This document shows positions 37,248 to 51,657 of a stretch of DNA of 64,000 nucleotides, piece by piece (the stretch's first letter is position 1; each line of letters opens with the position of its first letter). The notes under the pieces are model-generated. The model was not told where the DNA came from. It was given only the letters and a program-made list of their open reading frames with translations, and ran no database searches. The stretch lies in assembly GCF_006345805.1 (NCBI RefSeq), contig NC_043004.1, positions 91,016,001 through 91,080,000 on the forward strand, in the 5' to 3' direction. A program made the translations under genes and the position numbers. This stretch comes from Octopus sinensis (taxonomy: Eukaryota).

Positions 37248-37907
37248 AACAAAATCATGTAAACATATACACAAGCATACACACACTGTTGACACAAGTG
37301 TTTACATAAAAATTTTACCATTTTACTACAAAGAAGCCCGACAAACATCTTAAGTGTAGAACTCCTTTCTGCCACAACCATGACCACATTCAAAAATAGC
37401 CAAAACAGTCAAGTGCAGTAGGTTGGGTTGGCTTGGATTAGAGGAGGGAGAGTTTAAGAATTCTGACCAAACCAGCAAAATGTACGAGCATAACCTCTCC
37501 ATCACCCCCTCCTCCTTGTCACCATGGTCCATCCTACACAATGTAACTCTTTACTTTACAGAACACATGGAATGTTATAGTTAGCACTTCTGGAATGTAG
37601 GGGACAGGGATTCTCTTTCTTTTTACAGGCATGGTGCGGCAGGCGGGGGAGAGGGTCGGAACTCATCCCTCTCTTTATCTCCAGTAATACCACTACCATC
37701 ACCACCACCACCACAACCCACCAAGCATTAGTTCTACTATTTACATATTAACTTGATCTAGTTTCTTTGGTAAATTACTTCATCTCTCAACACAGAAAAA
37801 AGAGAGAGAGAAAGAGAGAGAGGGTTGTGGGGGAGGTGAGAAGTGGGTAAGTAAGCATGTAGTAAGGTAGTGTGTGAGATGGTGGGTAGACAGGTAGTTG
37901 ATGGAGA

Positions 37908-38377
<470 letters not shown>

Positions 38378-39264
38378 CTCAAACAAAGACATATATAAAT
38401 GTATATACATACACTTTGCACAGCTGTTGACTGGAGATCACAACAATTCTGGCAGCTTTAGTATTACTGAGAAACATAGATGTTACCAAAGAATGTCTCT
38501 CCTGCCCACACACACTCTGCATTCTTTTGACCCACAACTTTAGAAGCTTCTTCTTGTGATCCATGTGACCACCTCACCAAACCAGCGGTAGCTGCAATCA
38601 GCCGATAAATATTTTGTTTTATTCTTATCTTATCTTTTATCTTTTACTTGTTTCAGTCATTTCACTGTGGCCATGTTGGGGGCACAGCATTGAAGAGTTT
38701 TAGTTAAAAGAATCTTCTCCCTCCATTTATGTTTTTTAAGCCTGGTACGTATTCTATAGGTCTCTTATGCCAAACCACTAAGTAATGAAGACATAAACAA
38801 ACCAACACCAGTTGTCAAAAAGTGGTTGGGGACAGACACAAACACACACAGATACATACACATGCTCACACACACACACACTTCTTTCAGTTTCTGTCTA
38901 CCAATTCCTCTCACAAGGCTCTGGTGAGCACAAGGCTATTGTAGAAGACACTTGCCTAAGGTGCTATGCAGTGGGAACCCAGAACTATGTGGTTGGGAAG
39001 CAAGCTTCTTACCACACAGCCACACCTGCACCTATGTCTTAGTACATAGCCATGCCTGTGCACATATACATATATATATATATATATATTCAATATGATA
39101 TATTCATATTGATTCAATATGTGACCGCATGTGTATCGTTGGCGATTTTTTTTCTCCGTCTTCCCTTCCTTGGACCTTTCCTTTTTCTATGTTTCTGACA
39201 AAGAGCTCCTTCTTTCTTTCTTTTTTCCCTTTGTGTTTTCATGTTTGGATTAACTATATATATA

Positions 39265-39457
39265 TCATCATTATCATCATCATCATCATCTTTTAACGTC
39301 TGTTTTCCGCACTAGCATGGGTTGGATGGTTCGACCGGGTTCTGGGAAGCCAGGAGGCTGCACCAGGCTCCAGTCTGCTCTGGCAGTGTTTCAACAGCTG
39401 GATGCCCTTCCTAACACCAATCACTCCGTGAGTGTAGTGGGTGCTTTTTACGTGCCA
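39265..39457 (-). mobile_element. RTE LINE 3' tail copy
   Basis: (CAT)n plus the family sequence. Confidence 0.8.
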
Positions 39458-40787
39458 AGGATTGTGTCCCACTATTTCTCGAAGTTTGCAGTTCATCAAG
39501 CAGAAATCTATAAAATAAATGCCAGATTGAAATACATACTGAGGTCAGTATGATCAATTCAATTTTTGAAGGTGATACCACATCATGGTGAGAGTTGAAA
39601 GACTAAACCAAGTGAAATAATGTTTAAAGACTTAATGGCTTTGAATTTAAGGTAATAGGTTAATAACCACAAGATAACGAGTTCAAAACTTTATTTTGAA
39701 CTTCCACTTTATATGATAACATTATATGTGCATCTCAGTTTACTTGACTATCAACAATTAAAAATTGTAATTTGAAGTTGAGAAAAAGCATTTTTTTCAC
39801 TACAGCAAAACACATACACACACACAGTTGCTTCCCTTAGCTAAAGACCTTGAAATTGTGTGCCCCAACCTTGTTTTCGAGGTTATTTTTGTAGTAAAAA
39901 AGAATTTTTGTGCAAAGAACATATTTTATTTGGTAACTGAAAGATTACTGAATCTTTTGATATCTCGTATATCAAAATTGGCAACTGATTCCATAAGGAA
40001 CATATGTGCACACACACATACACAAACTGTTTTATTGTGTGAGATATATGAGACAAGGCATACAAAATGGTCATTATATATTACTTTACTGTAGTAAATT
40101 TGACTTACAGCTGTTTGCAGCAGTCATTATAAGTTTGTAACTGATAGGATTTACTCAATCAGCCTATTGATCAGTTGAGAAAAATTGAATGACCTAGAAA
40201 ATTAATGATATTTTTGTCAGTCACTTCAGATTATTACCCAGCAGAACACTGAAAAAATGGTACAATTTAAAATGATGATGGACTACAACCACAGACCCTG
40301 CCACAAGAATCTCTTGTTATGTATATAATTATTAAAATATTTGTAAAATTTACCTAAAAGGTTTTAATTTCCATGCTGACCCCTTGGTAAAATCATTAAT
40401 TATTTTCACTCTTTATTATAATTAATATTGGGAAAATTTACTCCTTGATCAAAACTGCACTCACTGCAGAGTTGTTTTGATATACTACACATGGATGAAA
40501 AGAGAGATGAGAACTCTAATTTACTGTATATATCTACGAGTGTGTATATATATTGCTGTACAAAGTTGCTGCTCGTATACATATGTGTAGATACTCGTAA
40601 ATATATGCTATGGATTGCTGAAGAGAGCAGTAGGTATAATTTTTTTTTACCTTAAGCTTGAAATGGGATTTTGTACATGTTTAACCAAAAGTTATATTTT
40701 TCGGAGTTTTTAAGGTGGTAATAAGCATTTTTTGGCATCTATTTTTCTAGCGCTTGGAGAGGCTTATAGCCAATTCTTTGTTGTAAT

Positions 40788-40851
<64 letters not shown>

Positions 40852-41324
40852 ACATATAATGGGCTTTTTTCAGTTCAGTTTCTGCTTAGCACATCCACTC
40901 TCAAGGCTTTGGTCAGTCTGAGGCTATAGCGGAAGACACTTGCCTAAGGTGCCACACAGTGGGACTGAACCCAGAACCATGTGATTAGGAAGCAAACTTC
41001 TTACCACACTACTATGTTACTGCCTACTGAAGATTTTTTTTTTTATTACTCTTGGTTTTGGTCTTTCTCTCATTTGCTAGTGTTGGATAGAATGCCTTGT
41101 GATGTTTATTCTGATGCTCTGCACTGTGAGTTCAAATCCCACTGAGTTCAACTTTGTCTTCCATCTTTTTGGGAGTTGATGAAAAGTGAGTACCAGTCCA
41201 AAGTGGTGAACTGGTGGAATTGTTAGAGCATCAGATGGGATGCTTTGTAGTATCTGTTCTTGTATCTGGTATCTAAGTTCAAATACTACTTAGTCACTGA
41301 CATTTCTTTACTAGCACTCCATTG

Positions 41325-41628
41325 GCCATGATAACGAGGGTTCTGGTTGATCCAATTAACAGAACAGCCTGCTTGTGAAATTAATGTGCAAATGGCTGAG
41401 TACTCCACAAACATGCGTACCCTTAACATAGTTCTCAGAGAGATTCAGTGACACAGGATGTGACAAGGCTGTCCGTTTGAATTACAGGTACTACTAATTT
41501 TTGGCAGTTGAATGGACTGGAGCAATGTGAAATAAAGTGTCTTGCTCAAGGATACAATGTACCACCAGGAGTCAAACTCATGGGTTTATGATTGTGAGCC
41601 AAATACCCTAGCCACTAGGCCACACACC
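41325..41628 (-). mobile_element. tRNA-head SINE, a third family (V/Meta/CORE-like central domain)
   Basis: Minus strand GGTGTGTGGCCTAGTGGCTAGGGT...GAGTTTGACTCCTGG (A/B-box-like), then TCCTTGAGCAAGACACTTTATTTCACATTGCTCCAGTCCATTCAACTG. Confidence 0.65.
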
Positions 41629-42096
41629 GTCACTCCGACATTTATTAGAGAAGTTGTGGCCAATTAGCTTTATAATATAAGCAATCTGAAAAAACCAAGG
41701 AAACTGTTTCCCTGATTTGATTGGAAGATTGACTGTCAGCTCCACTACCCCTGCCACCACTGCCACAAACACCACCATCACCATCATATTCAAGATGAAA
41801 CATTTTCCTATTCTCTCTGCAGCTTAGCAGTCATTGCTTTACTAATCCTTCCAAATCCAATACCAAAACTATGTCTACCATCATGCACTTAACCGCACAC
41901 CCATGAATTCCTACTTTGTACACCACCATCTCTCACTCTCTCTCCTCACTCTCTTTCTCTCTTCACCAAAATGCTGTCACAAAACTCTTAACTCAACATG
42001 GTCAATTACTCCCGTATTCAATTTTAAACCTACCAAAATCCTCACTACTACCAACACTGTCAACCTGACATCCCTGTCACTGTCAATGCCACACTA

Positions 42097-42455
42097 CCTA
42101 TTTCTTTACTACCCACAAGGGGATAAAACATAGAGAGGACAAACAAGGACAGACACACGGATTAAGTCGATTACATCAACCCCAGTGTGTAACTGGTACT
42201 TATTTTATCGACCCCGAAAGGATGAAAGGCAAAGTCGACCTCGGCAGAATTTGAACTCAGAACGTAATGGCAGACGAAATACCTATTTCTTTACTACCCA
42301 CAAGGGGCTAAACACAGAGAGGACAAACAAGGACAGACGAACGGATTAAGTCGATTACATCAACCCCAGTGTGTAACTGGTACTTAACTTATCGACCCCG
42401 AAAGGATGAAAGGCAAAGTCGTCCTCGGCGGAATTTGAAATCAGAACGTAACGGC
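42097..42455 (-). mobile_element. Tandem dimer of SINE family B bodies (185-bp unit)
   Basis: 42097-42281 is repeated at 42282-42455; junction GAAATA|CCTATTTC. Confidence 0.85.
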
Positions 42456-42718
42456 TCTCTAAGACCCATATATTTTTACATACTTCTTTTTATGCATCTA
42501 CTCAATATTGCCTTCCTGAGGTAATAACTCTCCAATCAAAGATTTTGGGTTCTGTATATGGTGTTGTCTTGCAGTTTACTATTATTAATAATGTACTCAG
42601 AGCTCACATGACCTCTTCAGACATAGTTCTCAGAAAATCAAGTCTGATCTGTGCCCGTGGATGGATGCCTTACATTTTATTGCACAAGGGATGGCTGTGT
42701 GATTAAGAAGCTTACTGT

Positions 42719-43099
42719 ACTCTTTTACTCTTTTACTTGTTTCAGTCATTTAGTCAAGCAAATCGACCCCGGTACTTATTCTTTGTAAGCCCAGTACTTA
42801 CTCTATCGGTCTCTTTTGCTGAACCGCTAAGTGATGGGGACATAAACACACCAGCATCGGTTGTCAAGCAATGCTTGGGGGACAACCACAGACACACAAA
42901 CACATACACACACATATATATATATATACATATATACGACAGGCTTCTTTCAGTTTCCGTCTACCAAATCCACTCACAAGGCATTGGTCGGCCCGGGGCT
43001 ATAGCATAAGACACTAGCCCAAGATGCCACGCAGTGGGACTGAACCCGGAACCATGTGGTTGGTTAGCAAGCTACTTACCACACAGCCACTCCTGTGCC
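42719..43099 (-). mobile_element. tRNA-head SINE, family A
   Basis: Reverse complement of family A with a deletion near the tail. Confidence 0.85.
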
Positions 43100-43337
43100 T
43101 ACTTTGCAACCACATCATTTCGAGTTGAGTCCCACTGTGCAGCACTTTGGGTAAGTGTCCTGGACTATAACTTCCAGACCAACTAATGGCTTGTGTGTGA
43201 ATTCGGTAGATGGAAATTGTGTGGATGTGTAGACCCTCGTTCACAAGTATCACATGATGTCAAGACAAACTGTTATTTAGAATACAAGTAAATGCTACCA
43301 AATGTGAAGAGTGCCAGTTTCTTTCATTTGTCCACTT

Positions 43338-43385
<48 letters not shown>

Positions 43386-43424
43386 GAGTGTGTGTGTGTG
43401 TGCATGTGTAAATATATATATATA

Positions 43425-43460
<36 letters not shown>

Positions 43461-44245
43461 TGTACACACATAAATATATATATATACATATTACACATAC
43501 ATACACACAGTAAATATACAACACATTCATATATTCATATGGACCAAACCAACCAACCAACCAACCAAGCAACAACCAACTCCTTTACACACACACATGT
43601 ATGCACACTCACAAACTGATACACAAACATATGCACACACACACACAGATACATACTCACATATACACACATTCACACAGGGACTCCATTGTATAATTCC
43701 TCCAAAGTGCACTTAAATGTCAAATACTTTTTAATGGTGAAGTATGTGAAGGATTTTCTGTTTTCTTGTCACTCAATGTTGACAGTAATAGATGCTTGAG
43801 CCAATCCCCATACCCCCCCTATCCCACCTAACCCCACACATACTCTTCTTTCAGACCAACCACCTACCTACCTACCTAACTAAACCACCTTCTCCACCAG
43901 CAACGTTGTGCTAGCTAACACACATGCCATACTACGAATGTGTGCTTTTTACCTTTAAGTTAAATAGATTACAACTGGCGAAATAAGTGATTGGAGTAGA
44001 AACAACAACAAAAGTAACAACAATTTATGGAGTCCAAAGAAACAAATGATGGTCTATGTTGACCCCCTCTTCCCCAACTCCTCTGAACTAGGACATTGGA
44101 TACTTTCCCAAGCTGGTCAATGAGCTCTTAAGTGACTGATTTGACCTGTTAGAAATAGCAGCATCACTGCCATCTTAAGGACAATTGTTGAGGAACCGAA
44201 CTGTTAAGAATGTCAGACCTGGATGCCTTGCAGTATTTGTTCTAT

Positions 44246-44596
44246 TCTCTTCTTTTCTCTTCTACTTGTTTCAGTCATTTGATTGCAGCCATGCTGGAGC
44301 ACCGCCTTTAGTTGAGCAAATCGACCCCGGGACTTATTCTTTGTAAGCCCAGTACTTATTCTATTGGACTCTTTTGCCGAACCGCTAAGTGACGGGGACG
44401 TAAACACACCAGCATCGGTTGTCAAGCAATGCTAGGGGGACAAACACAGACACACAAACACATACACACACATATATATATACATATATACGACAGGCTT
44501 CTTTCAGTTTCCGTCTACCAAATCCACTCACAAGGCATTGGTCGTCCCGAGGCTATAGCAGAAGACACTTGCCCAAGATGCCACACAGAGGGACTG
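44246..44596 (-). mobile_element. tRNA-head SINE, family A (5'-truncated)
   Basis: Reverse complement of family A lacking most of the head. Confidence 0.82.
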
Positions 44597-46555
44597 CCAC
44601 ACAGTCTATGTTAGTGTTCTGAGTTCAAATCTTACCATAGCCTACATGTGTAGAAGATTTAACTTGCCACCTAGTTTATCACCACAACCTAGCAACTTGG
44701 ACACAAATACAGGACCCCACTCCGTCACAAATATTTCTGGCTTGAGGATACTGACTTCTCACCTTCCCTCCCAGCAATCTCAAAGGTTCTATAATGGGTT
44801 ATAGGCGTTGTTTTCTCTCTTGATTAAAAGATGAAAACAAAAAAGATTTAAACTTTGGTCACTGAATTCTTTTTTGCCTCTCTTCATTGGTAATTGTCTC
44901 ATACATCATATTCACCTTGCTACTCTTTCTCTATCATTCTTTACATTCAGCCCTCAACCCTGGCCAATCTCAACAGGTGTTACCTACTTTTCCCTACCAC
45001 CCATACTCATCCATTCAATACTTGTTCTTCACTCATCATATTCATCCCTTCACCCACTTCCCATCTCTTACTCTCCCGTACACCCTTGCAACATCTACCT
45101 ACCCACATTCCCATTTCTTCTCCCACCTCTCTCACTTTTACTCACCTTGTACTCTGAGAGTCAACATAGACACTACATCACCACTATTTCATCTCTTCTC
45201 TATTCTACCTCAATCAGCCCCACATTCCTTCTAAAATGTGAGAAGCTACATAGCCTCTCTATAGCAAGAAACCTGTTCTGCTCTGGCCCCTTCTCTAACA
45301 CCTTGACCACTCATCTCCCAGTATAAAGCTGTCTCTCTTGGGGTTATTAGTCTCACAAACTTCAGTAGTCTCACAAACTTCAGGTGGCATGCAAAAAAGC
45401 ACTGTACATGCTGTAAAGTGGCTGGAATTAGAAAGGGCCTCCAGTCATAGAAACCAAGCCAATGTAAACAAGAGAGGAAGAGGAGGTGGAGGAGGTGGTG
45501 GTGGTGGAGGAGGAGGTGGTGGAGGAGGAAGAGGAGGAGGAGGTGGAGGTGGAGGAGGAGGAGGAGGAAGAGTTGCCAATATGGCTGTGTGGTTAAGAAA
45601 TTCACATCACAACCCTTTTGTTTTGGTTTCAATTCTATTGCATGGCATTTTGGGTGGGTCCTGCTATTGACTTGGCTTGATCAATGCCTTCTGAGTAAAA
45701 TTTAATAGATAGGATTTCATATCACAGGTTTATTAATGGCTAATCACTAGTTCACTGCATTTGTAACATTTAGTGGGTACTGGTAACTTGTTACAGAGTA
45801 AATATCACAAAAGATTTCATCTGAAAAGTTTAAATTTATTTTGTATCTCTTGCAGATGTGGTTTTGGGTTTGATTCCTCTACTTGCCACCTGTTGTTGAC
45901 TAATATCTTGCATTTCAACAGGATCCAAAGTGTTGGAAGAACATGTTTTGCTCCGGTATCTGAGTGGCCTAAGTTGTCGCCCTGGCTACCTCTATTAATT
46001 AAAACCCTCTACCCGACTCTCATAACACTGAGAAGAGGATTCTCAGCCATAGTGAAAGCAACCCATAAAGGAAGTTGTGCAGGCTGAACAAAACCAATAA
46101 TGTTCAAAATTATTTGGAGAAGTTAGAAACTTTGCCAACTACAGCAAAGGATGCTACAATGTTTTTAGTATATCATTGCAGCTAATGGTGGAGCCTCAAG
46201 CACTCAATGCTTTTTGGCTGGGACTGGTGTACTACAGAAAGCATAACATAGCAATCTTCAGCTTTTGTAGAGTAGTGGGGCCCCACAGTCAATTCTCTAA
46301 TTGGGCCCCCCACTTCCTAATGCCAGCCCTGGCTGTAGAGACACTTCAATCCTACAAAACCTTCTCTAGTAGCATACAACCTCTCTAATGGTATATAGCA
46401 TTTCCCTTTTCACTGTATTTGTGGCTACATATAGCTGACCATGTGTAACTTCTAAATTGTCATCAAACAATTCGACCAAGTCTCTTAATCTCAGATATAG
46501 AAAATGGACATCAAGGAAACCATCCACAGGAAACTCTCTCCTTTTAGTTAGGTAC

Positions 46556-47335
46556 ACAAATTCAGAGTTGTCACCATCAGTATAGGTATGATGAAAGTTA
46601 TGTCCAGAGAGATACTTGAGGTGCTGCAACAGAGGCAAGTAAATGTATGCTGTATACAAGAGGTATGATAGAAGGGAACCTCAGTCAGACTCCTCATGGG
46701 CAAGGAACACAGGTACAAATTCTTTTGAGTATGTAACAACTGGAGTACATGGAGTAGACATATTGTTAACAGAGAAACGGATAGGTGAAATAATGAGGTT
46801 GTCAGGGTATGTAACAGTGTAATTAAGTTTAGACTTGTTATAGACAATATGATATCAACATTGTATTTCTGCATATGCACCGGCAAGTTGGGCAACATCA
46901 CAATGATTATTCTGATGTGTGAGAAGGGTACAGGTAAAGTACATGGGAATGAGGAAGAATCAAGACAAACTGTATGCAACTCATACTCCAGAACTACAAC
47001 TAACAAGAGCAGTTAGCGGTGAAAGTACCCAATTAATAAATTCATTCAAATGTTTGCAAGACTCTCTAGAAGTGGTGGATAGCTTTTGTTACCTAAGTGA
47101 TCCAATCAGCTGTAGTGCAAGAGAAGATATTATACTGGTATGGACATGAGATGGATATGAAAGATAACTGTTGGGTAGAGAATTGCTTAGTGATCCAAGT
47201 GGAAGGAACCTGTAGTAAAAAGTTGGAGGAAAACATGGGAAGAAGTGGTGGAGGATGATTTAAGGAAGCTGAAGTTCATGAAGGAGATGATGAAGGATTA
47301 CAACAAATGGGGAGACATTGGAAAGAAAATAAAAC
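46556..47335 (+). mobile_element. Old internally deleted RTE LINE (AP-endonuclease start joined to C-terminal pieces)
   Basis: FRVVTISIG...LQQRQVNVCCIQEV (EN motif), then LEVVDSFCYL and KTWEEVVEDDLRKL. Many stops. Confidence 0.72.
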
Positions 47336-48055
47336 ATGGCCTTAAAATGAAGAAGGAGGAGGAGGAGGAGGGGGAGAAGAAGAAGAAGATGAAGAAGAAG
47401 AAGAAGATGAAGAAGAAGAAGAAGATGAAGAAGAAGAAGAAGGGGAGGAAATTGTGAAGGGATCTTGAGTTTTAAATTTTACCATATATTTATATGGTTT
47501 ATGTTGGATTTACTGAACACAGTATAGTAATTAGAATTGTTATAACACCAAAGATTGGGTGTTTGGATTCCTTTAAGTTTACATTCCTGACAATAAGCTG
47601 TTAATTCTATGTCTAGCGTCTTCTTTTAACTACAATTAGCTGCCTTATTTGTTGAATGCAAGTCTTTTTTTTTTTAAACTAGAATATGAAGAGAAATGTC
47701 ATTATTATTTTGCTGGATAAAGAAGGCAATACCCGCTGACCTTTGAAGGACCCTCTCAGACTGGAATAAGATTGATATAGCTGGCACTGTAAGTATCTCC
47801 CAGTGCACTCACATGCCAGCGAGTAAGTATTTAAGCAATTGCTCGACCTAGAGATAGTAGCTAAATCTCTGTCAAATCACACCCTATCATCTCTGATTAT
47901 AGGGCAATGTAGATGAAATAGGTTAATGTAAGTGGTGAGAGAGAGATATAGAAGATCTGGGAAGGAATAATTGAACAAAGTGTTTAGTGCTAGTTTTGAG
48001 GGGTGAAATTCTCACAGCAAGGATGACAAGAGGATGATAGGTGGTGAGTCAGTAA

Positions 48056-48288
48056 GGCGGCGAGCTGGCAGAATCGTTAGCACGTTGGGCAAAATGCTTA
48101 GCAGTATTTTGTCTACCGTTACGTTCTGAGTTCAAATTCCGCTGAGGTCGACTTTGCCTTTCATCCTTTTGGGGTCGATTAAATAAGTACCAGTTACACA
48201 CTGGGGTCGATGTAATCGAATTAATACCTATGTCTGTCCTTGTTTGTCCTCTCTGTGTTTAGCCCCTTGTGGGTAATAAAGAAATAGG
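48056..48288 (+). mobile_element. SINE family B (Nin/Deu-like domain), full length with a 20-bp target-site duplication
   Basis: GGCGGCGAGCTGGCAGAATCG...GAGTTCAAATTCC...CCTTTCATCCTTTTGGGGTCGATTAAATAAGTACCAG. TSD ATAGGTGGTGAGTCAGTAAG at 48037-48056 and 48284-48303. Confidence 0.88.
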
Positions 48289-48559
48289 TGGTGAGTCAGT
48301 AAGAAGGTGCATGAAGTGATATGAGAGGCAGGATACAATAAATATAATGTATTGATGTTCATCTTCTTTTGGATTATTTAATTTTTCAACTTTTATTTTA
48401 CTGTTTAGTCAGAGAAAGAAAGGTAGCCTCCATGATCTGTTTGCAGGGATGCCAAGACTGGTGGTGGAAAGGGAAGCAGGAACTATAGCTTATAGGTTAC
48501 TGTAGTATGGAGCAGCAAGCATATGAAGATATCAATTTATTCTCAAACTGAAGAGATTT

Positions 48560-49440
48560 GGTTTGAATACTTACAACAGGGCAGACTCTTTTAAAAGCAC
48601 ATGCTGGTTAGATGGTGGTGTTAAACTGAAACAACGTTGACTCATAGATTTGAGCAGTACTTAATTGTTGGTGTTGGGTTTTGTGAAGAACTTATATCTC
48701 ACTACCATGCAGCAATGTAGTTTGTACACAATCATTTAAAAATCTACTTTCTATTTTGATATAGAAACCCTTTGTTATCGGCTAAGGTAAATAGCTCTCT
48801 GAACTTTTTCCAACCCATTCTTACACTGATTACTATACTTTCAGAACATCCGCCTACACTGTTAATTAAGTCATTTAAGTAACAAAAGCTATAGACTGCT
48901 TCTAGGAGACCTTTTAGGCATTTGAGAGCACCTATTTCCCATGTGCATTTAGTGTTTATTATTCCAGAGTACCTACAATAAAAACATCTGCTTCCTCCAT
49001 TAGCCTGTCTGTGATTTCACTGTATCTCTAAAATGTCCATAGTTTACACTGAGTATACAGTTTGGTATTTCTACCTACTCCTTTTCTGAGTATCAAGCAA
49101 CATCATTTCTTTGAGGATAGCGGGGTCCTGTTTTCTTTCTAACTTAATACTTAATCTTTGCAAAATTTATTTTGAAGCCTCTCAACTCTAGATATTGCTT
49201 CTATATGCAGAATTTCTTCCCTAATTCTATAAAAGATTCAGAATAAGAATTAGGTCATTAGCATATAGGAATTCCTATTGGTATACAGGAATTTCTATTT
49301 TAGATACCCAGTCTAAGACTCGTTTAGTTATGGTCTGGTGGTGTATGTTAAACAGAAGTCAACTGAGAACTGAGCCCCTGCTAGCATGCTAAATTTGATA
49401 ATATACTTGCGGCTGACTTTCAGTTTATTGACAGAGCCCC
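48560..49440 (-). mobile_element. Highly decayed LINE RT relic (clade uncertain, possibly I/Ingi-like)
   Basis: Minus-strand traces: QGSVLS*LLFNI, LYANDL (YADD) and KYCS. Confidence 0.5.
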
Positions 49441-49697
49441 TGCATAAAGCTTGTATGAACTTCACACAATATAACAAAGCTTAGCAATTATCAGGTCACA
49501 GAGTGAAAGACCTAGTCAAACACCTCTTGGTACTTTGAAAGCTATGTAGGATGGCTTACACTTAAGCTAAGTACTTCTTTAAAAAACAACAACAACTCAA
49601 GTGGAATATTTTGCCAAAATGTAAGCTTACAAGGAAACAATGAGATTCTGTAATTCAGGTTTAAAAAGAGGCAAAATATGCAAAATCATAACAAATA

Positions 49698-50108
49698 GGC
49701 GCAGGAGTGGCTGTGTGGTAAGTAGCTTGCTAACCAACCACATGGTTCCGGGTTCAGTCCCACTGCGTGGCACCTTGGGCAAGTATCTTCTGCTATAGCC
49801 TCGGGCCGACCAAAGCCTTATCAGTGGATTTGGTAGACGGAAACTGAAAGAAGCCTGTCGTATATATGTGTATATATATGTATGTGTGTGTATATGTTTG
49901 TGTGTCTGTGTTTGTCCCTCTAGCATTGCTTGACAACCGATGCTGGTGTGTTTACGTCCCCGTCACTTAGCGGTTCGGCAAAAGCGACCGATAGAATAAG
50001 TACTAGGCTTACAAAGAATAAGTCCCGGGGTCGATTTGCTCGACTAAAGGCGGTGCTCCAGAATGGCCGCAGTCAAATGACTGAAACAAGTAAAAGAGTA
50101 AAGAGAGT
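49698..50108 (+). mobile_element. tRNA-head SINE, family A (full length), ending about 30 nt from the exon B donor
   Basis: Complete family A copy. Confidence 0.88.
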
Positions 50109-50138
50109 AAATCAAATAAGAAACAGGAAGCTACTTAC

Positions 50139-50354
50139 AATATATGGTGGGTAATGATGTTTATCCTGCTTTCGATTGTATCGTCTTTGAAGCTGTTGGG
50201 CCTCAACAGCCCCTTTAATGTGAAGGGCATTGCCATCTATATTGGCTTTATGTTTGTCAGAATTCCTCTGTTTATTTTTCTTGCTGAGAGCATGCTTGAT
50301 GTGTACAGCTTCGTTGTCCAGAAGAGGGGCATCTGTATCCTTAGGTAGACGAAC
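50139..50354 (-). CDS. Hil: Hillarin-like gene, exon B
   Basis: Polypyrimidine tract plus AAG acceptor; GTAAGT donor. VRLPKDTDAPLLDNEAVHIKHALSKKNKQRNSDKHKANIDGNALHIKGAVEAQQLQRRYNRKQDKHHYPPYI. 216 nt, phase 0-0. Confidence 0.85.
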
Positions 50355-50639
50355 CTTGATATGCATGAAGAGAGAGAAAGAGAAAGGTAAACATTAATTG
50401 AGATAGAATGAGAGAAATTCATAGAGAAATCACACGGGCATGGCTGTACTTAAGAAGTTTTCATTCAAACTGCATCATTTGCATAATGGTGACCCTTGTT
50501 TACAACTATTATGTAATTTCAAGATACAAACACACACATGTGTGTGTGTGTGTGCATGTGTAACAAGCTTCTTTCAGTTTCCATACACCAAATTCACTCA
50601 CAAAATTTGGACCAGTTCTGAGTTGTAGTAGAATATATA

Positions 50640-50868
50640 TTTCTTTATTGCCCACAAGGGGCTAAACATAGAGGGGACAAACAAGGACAGACAAAGGGAT
50701 TAAGTCGATTACATGAAACCCCCCCCCCCAGTGCGAAACTAGTACTTTATTTATCGACCCCGAAAAGATGAAAGGCAAAGTCAACCTCGGCGGAATTTGA
50801 ACTCAGAACGTAATGACAGACGAAATATCGCTAAGCATTTCGCCCAGTGTGCTAACGAGTCTGCCAGC
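50640..50868 (-). mobile_element. SINE family B
   Basis: Reverse complement of 48056-48288. Confidence 0.8.
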
Positions 50869-51064
50869 ACATACTTGTCCAAAGAGATTGAACGTGAAAC
50901 CAAGTGGTTGCCAAGCAAATTTCTTAACCCCTGAACCATGCACTACATGAGGGCACACGTACATGCATGCACTCACCCCCCCCCCACACACACACATATG
51001 CAATTCCAGTTATAGACTTTTTTTCCCAAACAATAACACAATAACCAAAACTATGATATATTAC

Positions 51065-51260
51065 CTGATCAGAGGTTCCAGTGAGAACTTTGATGTCATT
51101 CTGAGCAGCGATGGCTTGTCTTATACCAACAGCCTCTTTAGTGACATGGGCTGCTCCAACTCTAGGATAGTGAGAAATGCAATAGATTTCTTTGTCTTCA
51201 GGATCAAACTGGTTTGACCAACAGTTTTTGGGGGTTAAATGGTGACCACATGAAAAGCAT
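51065..51260 (-). CDS. Hil: Hillarin-like gene, exon A (first exon found): C-terminal half of LIM zinc finger
   Basis: TAG acceptor after a T-run at 51261 and GTAATA donor at 51064. Translates (R)CFSCGHHLTPKNCWSNQFDPEDKEIYCISHYPRVGAAHVTKEAVGIRQAIAAQNDIKVLTGTSDQ. The CxxC...YCxxH-P-x-G...VGIRQA pattern matches the Hillarin LIM region as I recall it. 196 nt, phase 2-0. Confidence 0.88.
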
Positions 51261-51551
51261 CTAAAAAAAGAATTAATAAAATTTGTAGAAACAAAGTCAC
51301 CGTTGTCGTAAAGTTTAATTATCAGTATTGATGGAACCAAAGTACACACACACACACACACACAAACATTGTAATGAGATTATTTTCTACTGGAACTCTG
51401 CAGAGTACAAAGCCAGAATGATATCAGTACTATAACAAATAGTAATATTCTACTTTGGAATTGAGCACTTCCTCTTGTTCGTAAATTCAGATGTGTATAT
51501 ATATATATATAGAAATACATACATTATACATATGTAGATCATACAAGCAGT

Positions 51552-51588
<37 letters not shown>

Positions 51589-51657
51589 GGAGTAAACACA
51601 TAAATGTGAAACAAGGTGGAAAAAAGAGTACTCAAATACCAGTGGTAGAGTAATATG

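Noticed and set aside
46366-46659. Minus-strand 97-aa ORF as a host exon
   Set aside because: It overlaps antisense the decayed RTE endonuclease start, has no convincing splice sites and no Hillarin similarity.
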